A stretch of 32,000 nucleotides of DNA from Candidatus Saccharimonadota bacterium (GTDB taxonomy: Bacteria; Pseudomonadota; Gammaproteobacteria; Enterobacterales; Enterobacteriaceae): contig CP145877.1 of assembly GCA_045690015.1 (NCBI GenBank), forward strand, positions 240,001-272,000, written 5' to 3'. This document shows, one piece after another, positions 19,606 through 32,000 of this stretch; position 1 is the stretch's first letter, and every line of letters starts with the position of its first letter. The notes under the pieces are model-generated. The model searched no databases and was not told the DNA's origin. It saw only the letters and a program-made list of their open reading frames with translations. Position numbers and translations under genes: made by a program.

Positions 19606-20541
19606 ATGAAAATTTCAATTATTGGTGCAGCTGGAAATATTGGACAAATACTATCACTTATTCTTAAAGTAAAATTGCCTGCTGGCTCTGAACTTGATTT
19701 ATATGATATTTCACCAGCTATATCTGGTATTGCATTAGATTTAACTCATATTCCAAACTCGGTTAAAGTACAAGGATTAAATCAGATTGAACCTGCTTTA
19801 CATAAAGCAGATATAGTTATCATAACGGCAGGTGTAGCACGTAAACCAGGCATGGATCGTTTAGATTTATTTCATGCAAATGCAACAATTGTATATACAT
19901 TGAGCAAAAAAATTGCATTAATTTGTCCTCAATCAATAATTATGATTGTTACTAATCCTTTAAATACAATAGTTCCTATTATGGCAGAAGTTTTAAAAAG
20001 ATCGGGATCTTATAATCCAAAAAAATTATTTGGAATTACAACTTTAGATGTAATTCGTGCTAATGCTATTGTAGCAGAAGTTAAAGGTCGATTTTTATCA
20101 AGTAATATAAAAGTCGTTGGTGGACATTCAAGTGTAACTATTTTACCTTTGTTATCGCATTTATCGGAGGTTATCTTAACTGAAGAAGAAGTAATAAATA
20201 TTACTAAACGTGTTAGAAATGCAGGTACAGAAGTAGTAAATGCTAAATTTGGTCATGGATCTGCTTCATTAGCAATGGCATATGCAGCTTCACGTTTTTT
20301 ATTATCTGTATTAAAAGCATTAAATGGAATAAATAATATTATTGAATGTGCTTATATTGAAGGAGATGGTAAATATGCAAAATTTTTTGCTCAGCCGTTT
20401 ATTTTAGGAAAAGAAGGAATTGCCGAAGTTTTACCAATTGAACCACTAAGTTCTTTTGAACAAAATTCATTAGATAAATTGATAAAAAATCTAACCGAAG
20501 AAATTAAACTTGGTGAAGACTTTGTTAGTAATCAAATTTAG
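19606..20541 (+). CDS. mdh: Malate dehydrogenase
   Basis: The 311-aa ORF has [14 protein letters not shown] (Rossmann fold), [14 protein letters not shown], and the catalytic His in [14 protein letters not shown]. Confidence 0.97.
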   Translation: MKISIIGAAGNIGQILSLILKVKLPAGSELDLYDISPAISGIALDLTHIPNSVKVQGLNQIEPALHKADIVIITAGVARKPGMDRLDLFHANATIVYTLSKKIALICPQSIIMIVTNPLNTIVPIMAEVLKRSGSYNPKKLFGITTLDVIRANAIVAEVKGRFLSSNIKVVGGHSSVTILPLLSHLSEVILTEEEVINITKRVRNAGTEVVNAKFGHGSASLAMAYAASRFLLSVLKALNGINNIIECAYIEGDGKYAKFFAQPFILGKEGIAEVLPIEPLSSFEQNSLDKLIKNLTEEIKLGEDFVSNQI

Positions 20542-20552
20542 GATTAATAAAA

Positions 20553-20981
20553 ATGAAAACTTTTATTGCTAAACCACAAAATGTAACCCATAATTGGTAT
20601 TTAGTGGATGCAACTAAAAAAAAATTAGGACGATTAGCAAGTGTTTTAGCTCTGAGATTACGTGGTAAGCACTATGCAGAATATACTCCTCATTTGGATA
20701 TGGGTGATTATATAATTGTTATTAATGCTGAAAAAATTATTATTACGGGTAATAAATATGAAAATAAGTTTTATTTTCATCATACGGGATATATTGGTCA
20801 TCTCAAGAAAACGGCTTTTAAAAATCTTCTTAAATTTCATCCATCACAAATCATTGAAAAAGCTGTTAAAGGGATGTTACCAAAAGGTCCACTTGGACGT
20901 CTGATGTTTCGTAAGTTAAAAGTTTACCCTGGGAATAAATATTTTCATACTGCCCAAAAACCAATAATTTTAGATATTTAA
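20553..20981 (+). CDS. rplM: 50S ribosomal protein L13
   Basis: The 142-aa [23 protein letters not shown]... matches L13. It starts only 11 nt after the mdh stop. Confidence 0.97.
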   Translation: MKTFIAKPQNVTHNWYLVDATKKKLGRLASVLALRLRGKHYAEYTPHLDMGDYIIVINAEKIIITGNKYENKFYFHHTGYIGHLKKTAFKNLLKFHPSQIIEKAVKGMLPKGPLGRLMFRKLKVYPGNKYFHTAQKPIILDI

Positions 20982-20998
20982 GTAGAAGAGGATCCTTC

Positions 20999-21394
20999 AT
21001 GGTACAACAACATCAATGGTATGGTACGGGACGTCGTAAATCTTCTTCGGCACGAGTATTTATACAACCCGGAAATGGTCAGATTGTTATTAATAAACGT
21101 TCTTTAGATCAATATTTTGGTCGTGAAACAGCGCGTATGATTATACTTCAGCCGATTGAATTAGTTAACATGCGAAGTAAAGTCAATTTATTTATAACTG
21201 TAAAAGGAGGAGGTGTTTCAGGTCAAGCAGGAGCAATTCGTCATGGTATAACTCGTGCTCTTATAGCATATGATGAATCCTTGCGTTCTTCTTTACGTAA
21301 AGCTGGTTTTGTAACACGTGATTCTCGTAAAGTTGAAAGAAAAAAATTTGGATTTCGTAAAGCACGTCGTAGTCCACAATTTTCAAAACGTTAA
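20999..21394 (+). CDS. rpsI: 30S ribosomal protein S9
   Basis: The 131-aa ORF has [15 protein letters not shown]...[19 protein letters not shown]...RRSPQFSKR. Confidence 0.98.
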   Translation: MVQQHQWYGTGRRKSSSARVFIQPGNGQIVINKRSLDQYFGRETARMIILQPIELVNMRSKVNLFITVKGGGVSGQAGAIRHGITRALIAYDESLRSSLRKAGFVTRDSRKVERKKFGFRKARRSPQFSKR

Positions 21395-21468
21395 ATTAAA
21401 TTTTTTTAACCGGTATTTTTTTAAAATCAAAAATTTTTGAAAACTTCACTAGGAATAAAATAAGACGT

Positions 21469-21744
21469 ATGGAAGCAACTGATATAAAAAATCTATTATT
21501 ACAAGAAATATGCCTAAAAGAATTATATGTTGAGGGTGATAAAAAACATTTCAGAATTATTGCTATTAGCGACATATTTAAAAGTATGAATCGAGTTGAA
21601 AAACAACAAGTTATCTATAATCCTTTAATGAAATATATAACCAATAACCAGATTCATGCTCTTTCTATTAAAACGTATACGCCAGAAGAATGGTTTCAAC
21701 AATTAGATCTTATGGGTTCGTTAAGTTCAGTTGATAAGTTGTAA
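21469..21744 (+). CDS. ibaG: BolA-family protein IbaG (YrbA)
   Basis: The 91-aa ORF has HFRIIAISDIF.SMNRVEKQQVIYNPLMKYI..NQIHALSIKTYTPEEW and lies immediately upstream of murA, as in E. coli. Confidence 0.88.
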   Translation: MEATDIKNLLLQEICLKELYVEGDKKHFRIIAISDIFKSMNRVEKQQVIYNPLMKYITNNQIHALSIKTYTPEEWFQQLDLMGSLSSVDKL

Positions 21745-21748
21745 ATAG

Positions 21749-23002
21749 ATGAATTATCTCTATATAAATGGTCCTTGTCAATTAAAGGGAGAAGTCAAAA
21801 TATCGGGTGCTAAAAATGCTGCGTTGCCAATTTTATTTTGTACTTTATTAGCTGATGAACCACTTGAAATACAAAATCTCCCACAAATAAAAGATGTTTA
21901 TTTCGCGATAAAACTGTTAAATAATTTAGGAGTAAAAACAGTTCACCAAAATAATATGATTTATATTGATCCTAGAACAATAAATACATATTGTACATCT
22001 AGTGAATTAGTAAAAAGCATGCGAGCATCTATTTTGCTTTTAGGGTCTTTAGTAGCTCGATTTGGACAAGCAAGAGTATCTCTACCAGGAGGATGTAATA
22101 TAGGAGACAGACCAATAGATCTGCATCTTTCGGTTTTAAAAAAATTTGGGATAACCTTTGCTTTAGAAGAATCTGAAATTAATGCATTTATAAAAGGACG
22201 GTTAAAAGGCACTCATATTGTTATGGATAAAAAAAGTGTGGGAGCAACATTAACTGCAATGTGTGCAGCTACTCTAGCAACAGGAAATACAATCATTGAA
22301 AATCCCGCCCAGGAACCTGAAGTTAAAGATACAGCTAACTTCCTTAATAGACTGGGTGCAAAAATTTATGGAGCAGGTAAAAATAAGATTCATATAACTG
22401 GAGTAAAACGGCTTAAAGGAGGAAATTATACTCTTATGCCAGATAGGATAGAAACAGGTACTTTTCTTATAGCTGCGGCAGTTTCAAGAGGTAGTATAAT
22501 TTGTTATAAAACTAAACCCTATATATTGGATGCAGTATGTTTAAAATTACGTGAAGCGGGAGCAGAGATTACTTGGGGTTATGATTGGATAAAGTTAAAT
22601 ATGCATAGTAAACGTCCTCATGCGGTTAATATTAGTACTGCTCCCTATCCGGGATTTCCAACTGATATGCAGCCACAATTTTGTTTATTAAATATGATTG
22701 CTCAAGGTAAAGGTATTATTACTGAAACCATTTTTAATAATCGTTTTCTACATGTTACAGAATTAATCAGAATGGGAGCACAAGCAAAAATAGAACATAA
22801 CCGTATAATTTGTTCTGGAGTAAAAATCTTGTATGGTACAAAAGTTATGGCGTATGATTTGCGTGGATCAGCATGTTTAATATTAGCTGGATGTATTGCT
22901 CAAGGAACTACTATAATTGATAATTTAAATCATATTGATCGAGGATATGAAAATCTAGAAGAGAAATTAAGATCATTAGGTGCTAAAATACAAAGAGTAT
23001 AA
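21749..23002 (+). CDS. murA: UDP-N-acetylglucosamine 1-carboxyvinyltransferase
   Basis: The 417-aa ORF has [13 protein letters not shown], the active-site Cys in [15 protein letters not shown], and [13 protein letters not shown]. Confidence 0.98.
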   Translation: MNYLYINGPCQLKGEVKISGAKNAALPILFCTLLADEPLEIQNLPQIKDVYFAIKLLNNLGVKTVHQNNMIYIDPRTINTYCTSSELVKSMRASILLLGSLVARFGQARVSLPGGCNIGDRPIDLHLSVLKKFGITFALEESEINAFIKGRLKGTHIVMDKKSVGATLTAMCAATLATGNTIIENPAQEPEVKDTANFLNRLGAKIYGAGKNKIHITGVKRLKGGNYTLMPDRIETGTFLIAAAVSRGSIICYKTKPYILDAVCLKLREAGAEITWGYDWIKLNMHSKRPHAVNISTAPYPGFPTDMQPQFCLLNMIAQGKGIITETIFNNRFLHVTELIRMGAQAKIEHNRIICSGVKILYGTKVMAYDLRGSACLILAGCIAQGTTIIDNLNHIDRGYENLEEKLRSLGAKIQRV

Positions 23003-23040
23003 AATAAAGAATTTATGATGATAAAATCAATGGGGTCGTT

Positions 23041-23352
23041 ATGTACGCAATTTTTCAAAGTGGTGGGAGACAACATCTGGTCAAAGAAGGGCAAATTATT
23101 TCTTTAGAAAAATTAAAAATCATACCACAGGAAACAATTGAATTTGATCAAGTGCTAATGGTAGTTGATACTAATGAAGTAAAGATTGGTACTCCTCTAG
23201 TAAAAGGCGGAATTGTTAGAGCCCAAGTCCTGTTTCATGATCGGGCAAAAAAAATAAAAATTGTTAAATTTAAACGTCGTAAACATTATCATAAGCAACA
23301 AGGACATCGTCAATGGTATACTCAAGTTAAAATTACTAATATAATTAGTTAA
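23041..23352 (+). CDS. rplU: 50S ribosomal protein L21
   Basis: The 103-aa ORF begins [18 protein letters not shown] and continues ...[19 protein letters not shown]. Confidence 0.97.
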   Translation: MYAIFQSGGRQHLVKEGQIISLEKLKIIPQETIEFDQVLMVVDTNEVKIGTPLVKGGIVRAQVLFHDRAKKIKIVKFKRRKHYHKQQGHRQWYTQVKITNIIS

Positions 23353-23383
23353 AAAATTATTAAACCAAGGATTATTTAGAAAT

Positions 23384-23641
23384 ATGGCACATAAAAAAGC
23401 GGGTGGATCGAGTAGAAATGGTCGTGATTCTCACTCTAAACGTCTTGGCATGAAAAAATTTAGTGGAGAAAATATATCGGCTGGAAGTATAATTGTGCGG
23501 CAGCGAGGAACCAAATTTCATGCAGGCTATAATGTAGGATGTGGACGTGATCATACATTATTTGCTTTAAAATCAGGAAAGATAAAAATTACTACTAAAA
23601 ATAAGAAAAACCGTAAATATATTAATATTATTACGATTTAA
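23384..23641 (+). CDS. rpmA: 50S ribosomal protein L27
   Basis: The 85-aa ORF has [16 protein letters not shown]...[27 protein letters not shown]. Confidence 0.98.
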   Translation: MAHKKAGGSSRNGRDSHSKRLGMKKFSGENISAGSIIVRQRGTKFHAGYNVGCGRDHTLFALKSGKIKITTKNKKNRKYINIITI

Positions 23642-23650
23642 TTAATATAA

Positions 23651-24661
<1,011 letters not shown>

Positions 24662-24681
24662 AAACTACTTCTTTATCCAGC

Positions 24682-24704
24682 CTTTACTAATAGGATTAGT
24701 TAAG
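24682..24704. terminator. Hairpin in the convergent obgE/ybjG spacer (possible bidirectional terminator)
   Basis: ctttactaat (24682-24691), loop agg, attagttaag (24695-24704): 9 of 10 bp pair. It is centred in the 56-nt spacer. Neither strand has a T-run. Confidence 0.3.
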
Positions 24705-24717
24705 CAAAAGCTATATA

Positions 24718-25266
24718 TCATAGATTAGATATAAATTTGAATAAATTTATTCCATATAACTTCCAGATTATTTGTGATAATAAACAGCCACTTATTGCTA
24801 TTAACATAGAATCAATAATATCTAGAGGCCAATGCAAACTCAGGTAGATGCGAGACCAAGAAATAACTAATCCAATAATAAATAATATTATTGACGACCA
24901 CAATCTATGCCATAATAAAAAAGAGAAAGCAAAAGTAAAAATGATACTTGCATGATTACTAGGATCCGAAGAACTTTTAGAGTGTTCAAGAAACATATGT
25001 CCTTTACCAACCACAAAAGGTCGATCATGTGGAAATAAACGTCTTATCATGAAAGAAAAAAATAGGGTTATTATTATAGAAAGGATGGATTTAAAAATTA
25101 ATTGTTTCTGTAGATCTTCTCCCCAACACCATAAAATTATACAGATCAAAGGAACAATTCCAATTAGATACTGTGCTAAGTAGATTGCCAATCGTATTTT
25201 CCAAATAGGTGAGGAATAATTTGCATTAATTAAAAAAAATAAAAATTCATTAATTTTGTTTAGCAT
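24718..25266 (-). CDS. ybjG: Undecaprenyl-diphosphate phosphatase, PAP2 family (YbjG-like)
   Basis: It matches E. coli YbjG end to end, with the PAP2 motifs FPHDRPF, PSNH and SRIYLSLHWPLD. By homology the start is the ATG at 25266 (MLNKINEFLFFLINA). The track's TTG at 25296 would overlap ybjL. Confidence 0.88.
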   Translation of the reverse strand: MLNKINEFLFFLINANYSSPIWKIRLAIYLAQYLIGIVPLICIILWCWGEDLQKQLIFKSILSIIITLFFSFMIRRLFPHDRPFVVGKGHMFLEHSKSSSDPSNHASIIFTFAFSFLLWHRLWSSIILFIIGLVISWSRIYLSLHWPLDIIDSMLIAISGCLLSQIIWKLYGINLFKFISNL

Positions 25267-25280
25267 TAACTTATGTAAAA

Positions 25281-26981
25281 TTAAAATATAGGCCAAACAA
25301 TTATTATTAAAGTACCTACTAATGTTAGTATCACATTAGCTATAGCGTATGTTCCAGCATATCCTAAGGCCGGAATATTACTATGCGAAGCTTCATTAAT
25401 GATTTCCATTGCTGGTGCACAGGTACGTGCTCCCATAAGAGCTCCAAAAAGCAGAGCCGGATTCATATGTAAGATCCAAGCACCGAATAATAAACCAATC
25501 AGTACAGGTATTAAACTTACTAGTAATCCTGCTAACAACATTTCTAGTCCTAATCCTATATCAATACCCAGACCACCTACTCCATGTGTTAAGCTATTTC
25601 CCGCATTTAATCCTACACCGGCCATAAAAGTCATTAAGCAAAATTCTTTTACCATAGTTAAGGCTCCGGAAGGAATATACCCAAAAGTAGGATGATTAGC
25701 ACGAAAAAAACCTAGCATAATACCTGAAAATAGTAATCCAGCAGCATTACCTACACTAAACGTATAATTATTAAACTGAATAGTGATCATACCAAAAATT
25801 AGACCCATAACGAAAAAAGAACAAAAAGCTAATAAATCACTAACTTGACTATGTATAGAAATAAAACCAATTCGATCCGCTAAATTTTTAACCCTACGTT
25901 CTTCTCCACTGACTTGCAATACATCTCCTTTATTTAAAATAATATTCTCATCAAGTGGCATTTCAATCTGACTACGAATTATATGATTTAAAAAACAACC
26001 ATGATCTGTAAGTTTAAGTGAACTTAAACGTTTATTAACAGCATTATGGTTTTTCACTACTATCTCTTCGGTAACAATCCGCATATCTAGCAGATCACGA
26101 TCAAATACTTCTTTCCCATCTCTGAAAGTAGGATCAAGTCTAGCATGTGCTTCCGGATAACCAACTAAAGATATTTCATCACCTACTTGTAGAACTGCGT
26201 CACCATCAGGATTAGCAAGAATTCCATTACGACGAATACGTTCAATATAACATCCTGTTTTAAGATAAAGCCCAAGCTCACGCAAATTTTTACCTCCCGC
26301 CCAATTAACTAATTCTGGACCAACTCGATAAGCACGAATTACTGGTAACCAAACTTTACGAAGACTCTCTTTATCTAATCCTCTTTCTCGTGCAATTTCT
26401 TGTGCACTAGTAGATAAATCATCTTGTTGCAACTTAGGTAAATAACGAGCACCAAATATTAAACTTATTAATCCTATTAAATAAGTAAGTGCATATGCTA
26501 TACTTAAATGATCCTGTGCTAAACGCAAGGTATGTGAATCTGTAAAAGTCTGACGTAGAGTATCATCTGCACCAACCAATACTGGAGTAGATGTTATAGA
26601 TCCAGCTAAGATCCCAGCTGTTGTTGCGCTATCCCAATTAAATAAATACCCCAAAGTAAAAGTAGTCAAAACTGCAGTGGTTATCATAACTAATGTTATT
26701 AATAAATAGTTTTTTCCATCACGAAAAAATATGGCAAAAAAATTTGGACCAGCTTCTATTCCTACACAAAAAATAAATAGAGTAAATCCTAAATTTAAAG
26801 TTTGAGAATTTACGGAAAAATTGTGTTGTCCTAAAATTAATGACATCAATAAAATTCCAATAGAATTGCCAAGTTGAATACTTCCTATACGGAATTTACC
26901 TAGACATAAACCTAAACTAAGAGTTACAAACAATAAAAAAAGATAATTGTTATTTAGCAATGTAAAAATATTTATCTTCAC
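25281..26981 (-). CDS. ybjL: Putative transport protein YbjL (AAE family, two internal RCK/TrkA-C domains)
   Basis: The 566-aa ORF has a GTG start and is collinear with E. coli YbjL ([27 protein letters not shown]...[26 protein letters not shown]...[12 protein letters not shown]). Confidence 0.92.
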   Translation of the reverse strand: MKINIFTLLNNNYLFLLFVTLSLGLCLGKFRIGSIQLGNSIGILLMSLILGQHNFSVNSQTLNLGFTLFIFCVGIEAGPNFFAIFFRDGKNYLLITLVMITTAVLTTFTLGYLFNWDSATTAGILAGSITSTPVLVGADDTLRQTFTDSHTLRLAQDHLSIAYALTYLIGLISLIFGARYLPKLQQDDLSTSAQEIARERGLDKESLRKVWLPVIRAYRVGPELVNWAGGKNLRELGLYLKTGCYIERIRRNGILANPDGDAVLQVGDEISLVGYPEAHARLDPTFRDGKEVFDRDLLDMRIVTEEIVVKNHNAVNKRLSSLKLTDHGCFLNHIIRSQIEMPLDENIILNKGDVLQVSGEERRVKNLADRIGFISIHSQVSDLLAFCSFFVMGLIFGMITIQFNNYTFSVGNAAGLLFSGIMLGFFRANHPTFGYIPSGALTMVKEFCLMTFMAGVGLNAGNSLTHGVGGLGIDIGLGLEMLLAGLLVSLIPVLIGLLFGAWILHMNPALLFGALMGARTCAPAMEIINEASHSNIPALGYAGTYAIANVILTLVGTLIIIVWPIF

Positions 26982-27241
26982 AATCTCACTTATAATTTTA
27001 GTTATTAAATAATTAACTCTCTTTAGAGATATATATTGATTTAGTAAGATGATTAACTTTTTATAGTTATTTAATGACCCATTATTAACTATATCTAATT
27101 AAAACAATTAAAATACCATAATTTAAATTTATTTTATCTGGTATTTTTTAAAATACAATAATATTGTGTAAAGTAAGTTTTAAATAAGAGGATTTTTATA
27201 ACTTTATAATTAATATTTAAATCTAAAATTTGTCAAGATGA

Positions 27242-29038
<1,797 letters not shown>

Positions 29039-29141
29039 TATTTATGCAAAAAATTTCACTGAAAATTAGTGAAGTTAATAATAAATTTATTCTAATTGTT
29101 CCCATTAATCCTATTTTTGATTGATTGACGAATAATTATTC

Positions 29142-30929
29142 ATGAACTACGTAAGAAACTTTTCAATTATTGCTCATGTTGATCATGGTAAGTCAACACT
29201 TTCGGATCGATTTATCCAAATCTGTGGTGGATTATCTAATCGTGAAATGTCAACTCAAGTTCTCGATTCTATGGAATTAGAACGTGAGCGAGGAATTACT
29301 ATAAAAGCTAGAAGTGTAACACTTAATTATCAATCGATTAATGGAAAAAGTTACTTATTAAATTTAATTGATACGCCTGGTCATGTAGATTTTTCTTATG
29401 AAGTATCACGTTCCTTAGCAGCTTGTGAGGGAGCTTTATTAATTATAGATGCAGTACAAGGAGTTCAAGCTCAAACGGTAGCTAATTTTTATAGCGCAAT
29501 TGAAATGAACTTAGAAGTAGTTCCAATTATCAATAAGATTGATTTATCTACTGCTAATCCTAATCGAGTTTGCCAAGAAATTGAAGATATTTTAGGTATT
29601 CCCGCTAGCAATGCGGTTCGATGTTCTGCCAAAACCGGTCACGGAATAATTGAAGTACTTGAACGTTTGATACTAGAGGTGCCACCTCCGTCAGGTTCAC
29701 TGCAAAATCCATTACAAGCTCTTATTATTGACTCTTGGTTTGATGATTATCTTGGAGTTGTTTCATTAATAAGAATTAAAAATGGTATTTTACATAAAGG
29801 TGACAAAATTAAAATTATGAATACCAAACAATGTTATTATGTAGATAATTTAGGTATTTTTACTCCTAAAAAAAAATCCTCTGACCAATTAAAATGTGGA
29901 GAGGTAGGTTGGTTAGTTTGTGCTATTAAAGATATTAACAGTGCACCAGTAGGAGCTACAATTACTTTAGTCGACAAACCTGCAGAAAATTTTCTACCGG
30001 GATTTAAAAGGATCCAACCTCAAACATATGCTGGTTTATTTCCCCTGAATTTTGAAGACTATTCAACATTTCGTAATGCATTACAAAAACTTAGTATTAA
30101 TGATTCATCATTGTATTATGAGCCTGAAACTTCCACTGCGCTAGGATTTGGTTTTAGATGTGGTTTTCTTGGATTTTTACATATGGATATAGTTAAAGAA
30201 AGATTACGAAGAGAATATAATCTAGAATTAATTTCTACTATTCCTACCGTAATTTATGAACTGCAAACTATTAATGGAGAAGTTATTTATATAGATAGTG
30301 TATCAAAAATCCCCTCTAAGAAGATTTCTATCTGGCGTGAACCGATAGCAGAATGTAGAATTTTTGTACCTCAAATTTATTTAGGAAATATTATTTCACT
30401 ATGTGTAGAAAAAAGGGGTATACCAATTAATTTAATCTATCATAGGAATCAAGTAGAATTAATATATGAAATTCCAATGTCCGAAATAGCTTTCGATTTT
30501 TATGATAGATTAAAATCCCATTCTCAGGGTTATGCAACATTGGATTATAGTTTTAAGAAATTTCAAACCTCTGATTTAATCTGTTTAGATATATTAATTA
30601 ATAAAACTCGTTTAGACGCTTTTTCTGTAATTACTCATAGGAGTATTGTACTAGATCGTGCACGTAAATTAGTAGATAAAATGAAACAGCTAATTCCACG
30701 ACAACAATTTGATATCATAATTCAAGCTGCTATTGGTAATAAAATTATTGTACGTTCAACAATTAAGCAATTTAGAAAAAATGTCTTAGCAAAGTGTTCA
30801 GGTGGTGATGTAAGCAGGAAAAAAAAATTGCTGCATAAACAGAAAAAAGGAAAAAAACGCATGAAATCATTAGGAAATGTTGAAATTCCACATGAGGTAT
30901 TTATAGCACTTTTACATGTGGATAAATAA
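29142..30929 (+). CDS. lepA: Elongation factor 4
   Basis: The 595-aa ORF has [26 protein letters not shown] and NKIDL, plus a LepA-specific C-terminus ([17 protein letters not shown]). Confidence 0.98.
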   Translation: MNYVRNFSIIAHVDHGKSTLSDRFIQICGGLSNREMSTQVLDSMELERERGITIKARSVTLNYQSINGKSYLLNLIDTPGHVDFSYEVSRSLAACEGALLIIDAVQGVQAQTVANFYSAIEMNLEVVPIINKIDLSTANPNRVCQEIEDILGIPASNAVRCSAKTGHGIIEVLERLILEVPPPSGSLQNPLQALIIDSWFDDYLGVVSLIRIKNGILHKGDKIKIMNTKQCYYVDNLGIFTPKKKSSDQLKCGEVGWLVCAIKDINSAPVGATITLVDKPAENFLPGFKRIQPQTYAGLFPLNFEDYSTFRNALQKLSINDSSLYYEPETSTALGFGFRCGFLGFLHMDIVKERLRREYNLELISTIPTVIYELQTINGEVIYIDSVSKIPSKKISIWREPIAECRIFVPQIYLGNIISLCVEKRGIPINLIYHRNQVELIYEIPMSEIAFDFYDRLKSHSQGYATLDYSFKKFQTSDLICLDILINKTRLDAFSVITHRSIVLDRARKLVDKMKQLIPRQQFDIIIQAAIGNKIIVRSTIKQFRKNVLAKCSGGDVSRKKKLLHKQKKGKKRMKSLGNVEIPHEVFIALLHVDK

Positions 30930-30941
30930 TAAGGAAAAATT

Positions 30942-31877
30942 ATGGTTAGTACTTTTACCTTAATATTAGCAATAGTTACATTTTTAACTGGTATAGCTTG
31001 GATATTTAAAAAATACTATATACAGTTATTAACTACTAACAACAGATTAGAATTAAAAATTCCACTTTATATATATAAATGGCTTGAAACAACTGCTTCG
31101 GTATTTCCGATGTTATTACTAGTGCTTATTATTAGATCGTTTATATATGAACCATTTCAGGTTTCATCGGGATCAATGATGCCTACATTGCTTGCCGGTG
31201 ATTTCATTATGGTTAAAAAATTTTCTTATAATATTAAAAATCCTTTTACTAAAAATACATGGATTAATATTAGTAAACCCAAAAGAGGAGAGGTTGTAGT
31301 TTTTCACTATCCGCTGAATCCTAAAATAAATTATATTAAACGCATTATTGGAATACCAGGAGATAAAATTTCGTATGATTATATGAAAAAGGAAATTAAT
31401 ATTCAACCTATGTGTCATGAGCTTTATAATTGCAAGAAATTAGAAATTACTTATTCGAAGATTAAACCGAGTAATTATATTCAAACTTTTAAAATCAAAG
31501 AAGGTTCTATAGAAAGTTATTTTTACCAAATAAAAGATAGTGATTTAAAAAAAAATGGAATACGATTATTTGAAAGGTATGAATTATTATCAAATCTTCC
31601 TCATCGAATTTTTCTTTTACCAAGAGATAATCTAATAAATAATGTTAATTTATATTACAAACAGCCTAATCAACCGTTGGCTACTTGGTTAGTACCCAAG
31701 GGATATTATTTTATGATGGGTGATAATCGTGATAACAGTGCTGATAGTCGCTATTGGGGTTTTGTACCAGAAAAAAATCTAGTAGGTAAAGCGGTATTTA
31801 TTTGGATGAGTTTTAGCCTTAAACCAGATACTCAACGACCTAACGGTATACGTTTCAATCGTATTGGTACTATGTAA
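30942..31877 (+). CDS. lepB: Signal peptidase I
   Basis: The 311-aa ORF has the catalytic Ser in SGSMMPTL, the Lys in NYIKRIIGIPGD, and GDNRDNSADSRYWGFVP. Confidence 0.97.
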   Translation: MVSTFTLILAIVTFLTGIAWIFKKYYIQLLTTNNRLELKIPLYIYKWLETTASVFPMLLLVLIIRSFIYEPFQVSSGSMMPTLLAGDFIMVKKFSYNIKNPFTKNTWINISKPKRGEVVVFHYPLNPKINYIKRIIGIPGDKISYDYMKKEINIQPMCHELYNCKKLEITYSKIKPSNYIQTFKIKEGSIESYFYQIKDSDLKKNGIRLFERYELLSNLPHRIFLLPRDNLINNVNLYYKQPNQPLATWLVPKGYYFMMGDNRDNSADSRYWGFVPEKNLVGKAVFIWMSFSLKPDTQRPNGIRFNRIGTM

Positions 31878-31914
31878 TATGTAACGTAACATTTAACTTA
31901 ATTAATCAAAAAAT

Positions 31915-32000
31915 ATGAACATTAAGATTACTATACTGAATCAGCTTCAAAATAAAATGGGTTATTTTTTTCAAGAATATTCCTTGTTACAACAAGCTCT
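31915..32000 (+). CDS. rnc: Ribonuclease III, first 28 codons (runs off the window)
   Basis: The ATG at 31915 gives MNIKITILNQLQNKMGYFFQEYSLLQQAL, which matches the E. coli RNase III N-terminus (...LQRKLGYTFNHQELLQQAL). lepA-lepB-rnc synteny is conserved. Confidence 0.85.
   Translation, partial: MNIKITILNQLQNKMGYFFQEYSLLQQA

Noticed and set aside
21427-21440. 14-bp perfect palindrome TCAAAAATTTTTGA upstream of ibaG
   Set aside because: It is an A5T5 core typical of AT-rich spacers and has no supporting context. It could be a promoter UP-like element, but this cannot be supported from sequence alone.
25267-25296. TTG-initiated 10-codon extension of ybjG that overlaps the ybjL 3' end
   Set aside because: The E. 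coli YbjG N-terminus aligns with the ATG at 25266, and TTG plus an overlap is the less parsimonious option.
29055-29073. 6-bp hairpin (ttcact/agtgaa, 7-nt loop) after ligA as a possible terminator
   Set aside because: The stem is too short and weak and there is no T-run.

Overview
This window is gene-dense and strongly AT-rich (roughly 70% A+T by eye, not computed). It looks like a reduced gammaproteobacterial genome of the obligate insect-endosymbiont type within Enterobacterales (Buchnera/Blochmannia/Wigglesworthia-like); I cannot assign a species. I call 30 protein genes, two of them cut by the window edges, and all are housekeeping: metK(partial), dnaK-dnaJ, rpsT, ileS-lspA-ispH, carA-carB, yggX, prlC, tusA, a DUF1820-like ORF, rsmD, ftsY, rpoH, mdh, rplM-rpsI, ibaG-murA, rplU-rpmA-obgE, ybjG, ybjL, ligA, and lepA-lepB-rnc(partial). 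Gene order and orientation match several E. coli K-12 neighbourhoods collapsed by deletion. Missing from their syntenic slots are ribF, fkpB, dapB, zntA/yhhLMN, ftsEX, degQS/zapE, ispB and yhbE. I found no rRNA, tRNA, CRISPR array, IS/transposase, integrase, toxin-antitoxin or defence-like gene, and no evidence of a novel multi-gene system. The points worth a second look are signatures of reductive evolution and a few retained regulatory signals. (1) An E. coli-like sigma-32 promoter and conserved leader sit upstream of dnaK, with rpoH intact in the same window. (2) The CarB allosteric domain is internally gutted. (3) A terminator-like hairpin lies 21 nt upstream of carA. (4) A DUF1820-like ORF of unknown function is retained. 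(5) LigA lacks its BRCT domain, and FtsY and ObgE are truncated. (6) The TTG start of rpsT is conserved. (7) Hairpins sit at three convergent gene junctions. (8) Many in-frame A9-A10 tracts occur in essential genes. All comparisons to E. coli sequences are from memory and need alignment to confirm.
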